Part shown: positions 53,649 through 64,000 of the stretch, piece by piece | Layout: every line of letters begins with the position of its first letter | Position numbering within the stretch: position 1 is the first letter of the stretch | NCBI GenBank assembly: GCA_951406725.2 | Contig: OX597820.1 | Coordinates: 4,960,001 to 5,024,000, forward strand | Reading direction: 5' to 3' | Length of the DNA stretch: 64,000 bases | Source of the DNA: Octopus vulgaris | Lineage: Eukaryota | Translations under genes and position numbers: made by a program | The notes under the pieces: generated by a model | What the model was told of the DNA's origin: nothing | What the model saw: the letters and a program-made list of their open reading frames with translations, nothing else | Databases searched by the model: none

Positions 53649-54159
53649 TTATATATATATGGAGATATGGAGAAGAAAAGTGTTAACGTATGCAGTAAGA
53701 GATACCTTGGGATAGACATGTATGTGTATAAATATATTTTTATATATATATATATACATATATGTTGTGTCTGTGTATATATATAACTTTTATATACATA
53801 ATTTTTAGCTTGTTAGACAACAGTAGAAGTGATAAGACTCGCCCTATAATTACGAATGTATATTTATTCAACGGAGTTATTAATTGTGGGTTTACGATGT
53901 AGGCTGACTAACAACTCGCAAAAATTTGACCGAAGGGTCACATGAAGGCAGAACGAAAGGGTGGGGACTCACACTTTATGAAAGATTTGCGTCTTACGAG
54001 GCGAGAAACATTCTAGAACAATACATAATCAATGCATTTATTAGCTAATTAAAAACTAACACAGATGATTATCAGTTCCTTATACATACTTTTAGAGACA
54101 CGCATACATATATATATATATATGTGCATGCACATATGAGTATAGCTGCGGATATACAT

Positions 54160-54223
<64 letters not shown>

Positions 54224-54642
54224 GTATGAATGTGTGTACATGCATATTCATATGCATATACATACACACACATACGTATGTATGTTTAAATATGTACCGA
54301 AGGCGAGATATGGTGTAAAATAAAACCGCGTTGTTTGTGAGAAAAACTGAAATAATCTACTGTTTGGGTGTACAGAGACTGGATTACGTATAATTTGCAC
54401 ATTCTCGTCGTTTCACGAGTACTATCTTTGTGCGTGCGTATATGCATGTGTATACATACAAACATAAATACTTACATACATACATACATAAATACATAAT
54501 ACATACATAAGTACATACATACATACATACATACATACATACATACATACATACATACATAACATACATACATACATACATACATACATAATACATACAT
54601 ACATACATACATACATACATACATACATACATACATACAGGC

Positions 54643-54690
<48 letters not shown>

Positions 54691-54827
54691 GAAAAAATCC
54701 ATCGCAGGACTTTGTATGCGTAGTACTTATTCTATGCGTTTTATTTCCCGAACCACTAAGTTACGAAGACGTAAACATGCTAGCATTAGTTGTCAAGTGA
54801 TGGTAGGACACACACACACGCACACAC

Positions 54828-54858
<31 letters not shown>

Positions 54859-55019
54859 TATGTACGAGGGACTTCTTTCAGTCTCCATCCACCAAATCCA
54901 CTCACAAGGCTTTGTTCGACCCCAGGTTTTAGTAAAAGAAACTTGCCCTCGTGTCACGCATTGGGACTGAACTGGGAACTGTGCTATTGGGCTCACACCC
55001 ACTCCTATATAAATATATA

Positions 55020-55998
55020 TATTTCTTTTTTCTAGTTTCAGCTCAGAGCTGCGGCCATGCTGATGCACCGCCGTTTTGTGCTACACTCTTATTACGAAGA
55101 ACCTCCTCTAATATGTGGCACTTGGTGAAGAATGGAGTTTGATATAGCTACTCTCATTTGCACCACTTGCCGTGAGGTAGGTTCATCTGGGACTCTTGAC
55201 AGGAAGATGTCCAGCTTTGATTTAAAAACACCTACATCTACTTTGTGCAAGTTCCTCAGACTCTTTGGGAGTATATTAAAAAGCTGTGGGCCCTTGAAAC
55301 TCAGGCTGTTGCAGAAGCTGGTCCTGAAGCGTGATGGCATTGCTAGGATCTTTGGCACTATGCAGTGTCGTCCCGTTCTAGCGTTGGTGTAGCTTACAAT
55401 GCCAAAATTTGGCACAATTCCTTCCAGGATCTTCCAGACATATATTACTGCATACCTCTCCCATCTTCTCTCCAGGGAGTAGAGTCTTAGCTGTTTCAAC
55501 CTTTCCCAGTAGCTGAGCTGTTGCAAAGAGATGATCTTCTTTGTGAATCTTCTCTGGATTGCTTCAAGGTCCGCTGTTAATTTTACACTGGTGGGTGACC
55601 ATAGCTGTGAGCAGTAATCCAGGCGACTGAGGATGAATGTCCGCCAGAGGACCATCATGGTTTCCTTATCTCTGGTTCTGAATGTTCTTAGGATCCACCT
55701 AGCCGGTCGTCTGCACTTTGTCGCCATCCTGGTAATGAGCACTTGGAAAGAGGTATCATCACTTATGTCTATACCCAGGTCCCTCACAGACTTAGGCTCT
55801 GGGATTGAAATTCCCTGTGGACCGGTGTATCCTGTAAGTTTAATATTCAGTTTTGGATGCTGGTAGCGCAGGGCCTGGAATTTTTCAGCATTAAACTGCA
55901 TAGTTATTATCCTCAGCCCATCTGTAGATTGAGTCCAACTCCTGCTGCAGGTGTGCAACATCGCTGAGGTTCTGTATTTTCTGCGAGACTTTCGTATC

Positions 55999-56000
<2 letters not shown>
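55020..56000 (-). mobile_element. 5'-truncated CR1/L2-group LINE (RT C-terminal half; frameshift near 55900) with 3' UTR
   Basis: DTKVSQKI…[12 protein letters not shown]…MQFNAEKF…VRDLGI…RLDYCSQLWSP…LEAIQRRFT…LYSLERR; flanked by (TA)n. Confidence 0.92.
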
Positions 56001-56069
<69 letters not shown>

Positions 56070-56175
56070 GAAATGAGGCAATCAGAAGATCGGATGGTTT
56101 ATATTTACAGATATTTATTTATATATTACATTTTTTACATATATATCATATATATCATATATATATATATATATA

Positions 56176-56406
56176 TATAAAATATTATTAGAGACAAAAC
56201 CACTATTTTGCAAGACAAACAAGGAAAGACTTAATCAATACATAAAATTTTAATAAATAGTCAATGTATTGATTAAGTCTTTCCTTGTTTGTTTTGCAAA
56301 ATAGTGGTTTTGTCTCTAATAATATTTTATAATATTTTACTATAAAATTGGATTTAATCCTAAATCTGATTTTTTCCCTGTAAATTTGGATTTATTCCCT
56401 AATATT

Positions 56407-56410
<4 letters not shown>
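56176..56410 (-). mobile_element. (TA)n-embedded terminus with ~68-bp inverted repeat; same family as 2551-2750, 42126-42560 and 63821-63975
   Basis: Shared end TTAGGGAATAAATCCAAA[C/T]TTACAGGG…AGATTTAGGATTAAATCCAATTTTATAGTA; arms at ~56176-56243 and ~56263-56330. Confidence 0.8.
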
Positions 56411-56462
<52 letters not shown>

Positions 56463-57051
56463 ATATATATTATGTATTGTTGCATAAAGTGACTATTTCG
56501 AAGGGGATGATGTTAAAACTTAGGTAAATAAGTTATTTTTTTTCTGAAACATAACTGGTCCGGGAACCTTTCGATACCACCTTATGTATGACGTTTACTT
56601 TTGCAGCGTGACATAATGTGTCATGGTCACTGTCGACATACGTGCACATACACAAAAACCCATACATGCGTATATACATGTATGCACACATACCTACATG
56701 TGTGCAGGCACTACATGCATGAGGCTCCGATGAGGCTATAAGTTGTTACTCAGGCACTCAACTATGAGTACACCGCATCGTATGGCAGAAACAACTGTAG
56801 GCCAATGAAGTTCGTAAGAAAAGCGTTTATTCCTTTGCCATCCATTATTCTTATTACCGCTCTGTACTCTACCACCATTTCGTTCAGACGCATATTGAGT
56901 TCTACAGTAGGCTACTAGTATCGCAATGCCTGTGTCCCTCTCTCTCTCTCCTCTCTCTCTCCCCACCCCCTCTCTCCACACACACATATATGCATATATA
57001 TATATACATATATATATACATATATATATATATATACATATATATGTATAT

Positions 57052-57138
<87 letters not shown>

Positions 57139-57322
57139 TATATGTATATATATATACACCACATATATATATATATATATATATATACACCACACATATA
57201 TATATATATACACACATATATATATATATATCGTAAGAGAAGAAACTATTTTCGAGCGATTAAAAGAGGTTACCGAGGGATATTCACCCTTACACATGTT
57301 TGTGTGAATGTGTATGTAGGTT

Positions 57323-57391
<69 letters not shown>

Positions 57392-57504
57392 GTATATATC
57401 GGTAGAAAAATCAGAGATTAGGATAACAGAAAGACAATTACAATTATACAGAAACAAACATACACAGATACACGCACACAGACACATATTTACACACACA
57501 CTGT

Positions 57505-57579
<75 letters not shown>

Positions 57580-58089
57580 GCACACACATCCCCCTATAGT
57601 TTACAGCTACAAAGTAGAGTCAGATTATCATTGCTCAGATACAATTATCAGCTTTACAGCGACGGCTCAGTGTTACGGAAGATAGAGGAAACATTATCTC
57701 CCCTTTTGTATAGCCTGCCGTGTCCTCCGATAGGCGTTTCACATACCGCGTTCCTGTAATGTTATCATCGCTTCTCAATCTTGATAGAAGCTTGAGGTAA
57801 CAAAAGGGGGTTAAAGAAATTAGGATTTGTCCCCTTTGCGCACCAACCTTAGCCACACAGCAATCCCCTCTTCTTCCACCGACACATTGCACCACTATCA
57901 GCATTGCCTATTTAAACAGTCTACGTACAATGCATGTGTGCGGGTGTGGGTGCGTTTCTGTTGGCCAATCTCGTGTCTTTTCGCTTGTTTTTCATTATAA
58001 TTGCGTAGAGAGAAACAAGATGTGCATATATGCGACATGTAGCACATACATCCACACGCACACACATGTAGACACATTGAGAGATAAGC

Positions 58090-58130
58090 ATATATATATA
58101 TATATATGCTTATATATATACATATATGCT

Positions 58131-58179
<49 letters not shown>

Positions 58180-58281
58180 AATGTATATATATATACATAT
58201 ATATATATATAAATGTATATATATATAAATGTATATATATATATATATATATATATTCAAATATATATATGTATATTCATG

Positions 58282-58317
<36 letters not shown>

Positions 58318-58382
58318 AATGTATATATATATATAAATGTATATATATATATATATATATTCATATATATATATGTATATTC

Positions 58383-58422
<40 letters not shown>

Positions 58423-58438
58423 GTATATATATATATAA

Positions 58439-58484
<46 letters not shown>

Positions 58485-58489
58485 TCATG

Positions 58490-58534
<45 letters not shown>

Positions 58535-58535
58535 G

Positions 58536-58585
<50 letters not shown>

Positions 58586-58735
58586 TATATATATTCATAT
58601 ATATATATGTATATTCATATATATATATATATGTATATTCATATATATATATGTATATTCATATATATATATGTATATTCATATATATACATTTATATTC
58701 ATATATATATATGTATATTCATATATATATGTATA

Positions 58736-58781
<46 letters not shown>

Positions 58782-58800
58782 ACACACATTTATATATATG
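58090..58800. repeat. Degenerate (TA)n array with higher-order AAATG / TTCA interruptions
   Basis: Direct inspection. Confidence 0.95.
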
Positions 58801-59597
58801 TGTGCGTGTAGCTGATATGTCTGTATGTATGAGCGTGCAATTCAGTTAGTTTCAGCTTCTATGAAGAGATATTGTATGCGTATAAGCATGTATGTCTCTT
58901 TGCATGTTTGTAGATGTGTAGCAACGTATTCACGTGTGCATGCATGGCTCAGTGGTTGAAGTGTCGGGTTTACAATTGTGAGGTTGAGAGTTCGATTCCT
59001 GGGCTGGACTATGCGTTGTGTTCTTAAGAAAGAAGAGCCTTTGTTTCGCGTTGCTGCAGTCACTCAGCTGTAGAAATGATCTGCGATGTCACTGGTGCCA
59101 AGCCGTATCGGCCCCTTTGCCTTTCTCTTGGATAACATCAGTGGTGAATAGAGGGGAGACTAGTATGCATGGCCGACTGCTGGTCGGACTTGTGCCTCAG
59201 AAGGGAACTTTCTAGAAGCAATCCCATACAGATGGCCTCATAGCCTGTGTTTAAAAAATATGACTGCAAAAGCGCTTACACACGCAATACAAAAACTTAA
59301 TTCCAGAAGGTTCGGGTCATTCTGTTTTTCAAATTTGTTTTAAAATACTAAGCAGTTTTAAGAAAATCTTTCTTCATGTATGTGTGTGTGTGTGTGTGCT
59401 TTGTGTGTGTTTGTGTGTGTTGTGTGTGTGTGTGTTTGTACCTATTTGTATATGAAGGTAGTCTCTCGTTGTCCGAGAGAGATGATTTTTGCAACTTGAT
59501 GCTGAACAACCTGCGCAAATGATTCGCTTATAGTGATCAAATGTATGTGCCGCACATCAGTTGATTCCCTTCATAAAATGGACGGACGAAGACACCA

Positions 59598-59760
59598 TCT
59601 GGCGGGATCGTTAGTAAGCCGGATAAAAAGCTCGTCCGTCCGTCTTAATGTTCTGAGTTCAAATTCCGCCGAGGTCCACTTTGCCTTTCATCCTTTTGGG
59701 GTCGATATAATCAACGTACTCCAACCCCAAACATCCTGGCCTTGTGCCAAAATTTGGAAG
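59598..59760 (+). mobile_element. SINE family A variant
   Basis: GAGTTCAAATTCCGCCGAGGTCCACTTTGCCTTTCATCC...GGCCTTGTGCCAAAATTTG. Confidence 0.75.
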
Positions 59761-61054
59761 TGATGTTATAGAGGGAGGCAGTATTATTGCCGAATGATAG
59801 CCATTGCATCCTGTTTAACTAGATGTATTATTAGAACGCCGTGATACTGAAGTATTCACCCCGAGTTCTGTGAGCGGTGCTTGGTATTTCTTGTTTGCTA
59901 CCGTTATCTTTGTGCTTTCATGCAGTAGGTAGCGATTCAAGACGCTTCCTGGCGGTGAAATCTACAGCACTATAGCGCCCCTACAATGCATTCACGTTAG
60001 GTAGGCTATAAAGATTGCTATATTGGCCGTACACACACACACACACACGAAAATATATTATATATATGTACCTGTATATGTATACATATATTTTTGAGTA
60101 TATATATGTATATATATATATACACATATATACATACATATATATATATGTATATATACATGCATATATATTTATACATATATGCATATGCATATACATA
60201 TATGTATATATATATATATACATATATGTATATATATATGTATATATATATATATAATATATATATATGTATATATATATTATATATATATATATATATG
60301 TCTTATGTCTATATATGTGTATATATGTATATTTATATATTTTATATATTTTATATATACATATATAATATACATATATATATATGTGTGTGTGTGTGTG
60401 TGCACACACACACTCACATATACACTCACACATACACACAATCACACATACACACACACACACACACACTCACACAGACATATACATGCGCATATTTGAG
60501 TGTGTATATATGTAAGCATAAACATTTTCTATATGGACATTTCTTTCACTTATTAACTATGACAACGCAAACATTTCGCAGCAAAATTTCTGTCGCTTGT
60601 GACGGAATCGCAACGAATTTGGTATTCGGCATTTAATCCTTTGAGCTGACTTCATCTGTTCCAGATAACCTCGTCTGCTCACACTTGAAATAATCTCCCG
60701 TCAAACACACTCAATATCCATTACAATCTTCAGCAACAGATATCGTATTTCTTTATTTACATTCGTATGACCTTTGACCCGATTCTTAGTGTTCTTGAAT
60801 AAATTGTCTGCTTCATTTAAATTTATATCGTTTCCATCAAGTCACTGACATCTTGTTAGTCACGGCCCTCTAAAGTTGGGTAATAGTAGATATGTCAACT
60901 AGTTCTGTTCTTTGATACTGGTGGTCACTGGACGGCTGTCTCGGTCGTCTCTGCAGTTTGATGGTGATGTTGTTGCTGTTGTTGTTATTGTCATCGATAA
61001 GGCTGAAGCTGTTGCAGCTAGCGTTGTTTATCTGGCCGTGATGTAGCAGTAAAC

Positions 61055-61171
<117 letters not shown>

Positions 61172-61959
61172 GTTGGCACTCCGTCGCTTATGACGATGAA
61201 CGGTCTAGTTGATCTGATCAATGCCACAGCCTCCTCGTGAACTTAACGTGCAAGTGGCTGAGTACTCCGCAGACACGCGTACGCTTAACGTAGTCCTTAA
61301 GGAGATTCAGCGTGACACCGAATGTTACAAGACTGGCCCTTTGAAATGCAGGTACAGCTAATTTTTATCAGCTGAGTGGATTCGAGCAAGTGAAATATAG
61401 TGTCTTGCTCAAAGTCTCTGTGAATCGAACTCACGACCTTACCACTATTAGCCAAATACCTTAAACACTAAGCCACACGCCTTCACACATACACACACAC
61501 ATATGCACGCGCGCACAGAGACTCACTTACACATACATATTCAAAACCGAATAAAATTCCACCTAATTTTTCTAATTTTTCGTCGGGTTGTTAAAGAAAA
61601 TTTCCTTTGAGGACAAGACTGGCAGACAGAACCGCCAAATGGTTCCACTACAGTTGCGCATGACATTCACATGTGGATCTCTATCGCCTGGCAGACGTTG
61701 CTTTGCCCAATCAGATTCAAACAAGACTTTCCAGGCACACATTCAGTCTCACGTGACGCCGCAATGGCTGTCAGTCTGTGTGTGTGTGTATGTGCGTCTC
61801 TCTCTCTGTATATTATCCGAAAAGTACAGTATCATATATCCATCATGGCTGATCTTGGCAATCAGTTTCCGATTATATAACCTCACGCTCATCAGAGTTA
61901 GACGATATGAAAGGGAATATGACGACTGCTCTCTATTGTCATATAATATATATATATAT

Positions 61960-62146
61960 ACTCTTTTACTCATTTACTTGTTTCAGTGATTTGACTGTGG
62001 CCATGCTGGAGCACCGCATTTAGTCGAGCAAAGCGAGCCCAGAACTTATTCCTTGTAAGCCTAGTACTTATTCTATCGGTCTCTTATGCCGAACCGCTAA
62101 GTTACGCTGACGTAAACACACCAGCAACGGTTACAAGCGATGTTAA

Positions 62147-62206
<60 letters not shown>

Positions 62207-62300
62207 CACACACACACACAACACACACATATGTATATATATATATATATATATATACGACAGGTTTCTTTCAGTTTCCTTCTACCAAATCCACTCACAA
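61960..62300 (-). mobile_element. SINE family B, head-truncated
   Basis: GTTTCAGTGATTTGACTGTGGCCATGCTGGAGCACCGC...CTACCAAATCCACTCACAAG. Confidence 0.85.
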
Positions 62301-62406
62301 GACTGTCTGTCTGTCTGTCTGTTTGTCTGTCTATCTGTCTGTCTGTCTATCTGTCTGTCTGTATCTCCCTCTCTCTCTATCTCTATCTGTCTGTCTGTCT
62401 GTCTTC

Positions 62407-62494
<88 letters not shown>

Positions 62495-62495
62495 A

Positions 62496-62528
<33 letters not shown>

Positions 62529-63699
62529 TTCTGTCTGTCTTTCTGTCTGTCTATCTGTCTGTCTGCTTGTCTGTCTGTCTATTTGTCTATCTGTCTGTCC
62601 ACCCTCACGCCCATCTGTCTACCTACTTATCTACACTCACCGTTTTATTCAAATATCTGTTCACACCAAACCACCCGTGTATCAACGGAACTATATTCAA
62701 CAATTCACACGCCATCCCACCCCACCAAATACCCTGAACAATTAAAAATAAACCATCTCACGTAACATTTACCTGGCGTTAATGTTTTGCCGATGAAATG
62801 TGTCACACCTCACCCTGGTTCTGACCGATTTCCTCCAAACATAACCTGATGATGAAAAGAAAAAAAAAACTAATCAACTCTACAATTCTGTCTGGACAAC
62901 ACCCTCAATAAAATGCTGCACACCACCCTGATTATCGAATACGCAATAATAGAGCTATTCGTTTTAATGCTTAGGATTTCACATGCTGATTATTTTTCTA
63001 TCCTTGTGTACCCTGGGTGGTTCATAAATGATCGGATAATTCCGGTGCGTGCAATATTTTAATTAAATACACGTGAGGCATTTCCGGGTGGCGTGGAGTG
63101 TCTAGCATGTTAATCCCACCCTTAATGAACTATTTCTCAAGCAAAAATATTCTTATGTTGTTTCAATCGGCTGATGTTTTTTTTTTTCCTTTTTGGTTTG
63201 TAGTGAGATTCCTGTAGATGTTGCTGTTTAACCCTTGGTCACTCGTAATCCACACAACCCATTACCAAAAGCATTCTCTTCCGTCATCGTTCGATCCATA
63301 ATATTCTGAGATGGTCAACGATTTTGTATAGATAAGGAGTTATCTCCCTTGCAGGACATTGTTAACAGCGCATGACTAGAACTGGGAGAAGGTATATCCG
63401 GTGCATACCTGGAATGCTTGGGCGAGAGAGAGTTTCTTGCTGTGAGATTACACGACCCCCCCCTTTTTTTTCTCTTTAAAGACAGTAATATGGAATTTAA
63501 AAAAAGATTTGGTTGCTGCTTCCAGCCATGTAGAGGTTTTGACATTGTTGTTTCCACATCGGCTGTTGTTTAACCCCAGGCTAGGCTTGATTCAGTGCAT
63601 CTTTGACAGAAAGCATTTTAATTGTGATGAGCCTGTCTTTCATTCAGACGTACTAAGCCCTGAATCACATTATCAAATGTATCCTGCACATACATAGGA

Positions 63700-63730
<31 letters not shown>

Positions 63731-64000
63731 GTGTCTGTGTGAATGTATATCTATGTATCTATACATACATACATATATGTATGTATATATGTGTGTGTGT
63801 CTATATATGTATATATATAATATTAGGGAGTATAACTCCAAACTTACAGATATAAGTTATATATTAAAAAAAAATTATATATATACATATATATATATTA
63901 TTTGTTATTTACTTATTGATTTATGTCTATCACTGTTTGAATTGCATGATAGTGGTTTTATCTCTAATTCATATCATATATATATATATATATATATATA

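Overview
Animal genomic DNA, AT-rich and saturated with microsatellites. It is most likely octopus/cephalopod intronic or intergenic sequence; this is inferred from the SINE families and repeat landscape and was not database-checked. No host protein-coding exon is recognisable, and most ORF-track entries are translations of (TA)n/(CA)n/(TATG)n/(TCTA)n. The window holds three tRNA-derived SINE families (labelled A, B, C here), two 5'-truncated CR1/L2-group LINEs, four RTE remnants, a Chapaev3-like transposase remnant, a mariner MITE, a long-TIR MITE, a non-autonomous Helitron, and many (TA)n-embedded Penelope-like termini with inverted repeats and minimal hammerhead ribozyme motifs. The standout is a 5.47-kb composite at 25054-30528 bounded by one 15-bp direct repeat (AATATATAAACCATT). 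It reads: SINE-A head, then three head-to-tail ~1.76-kb units encoding only a gag/ORF1-like RRM + CCHC-knuckle protein (no RT or endonuclease), then a near-complete SINE-A. The units end in the same 3' tail as SINE-A. This suggests an ORF1-only, HeT-A/HAL1-like non-autonomous retroelement that shares the SINE's helper LINE and concatemerises, possibly by serial template jumping.
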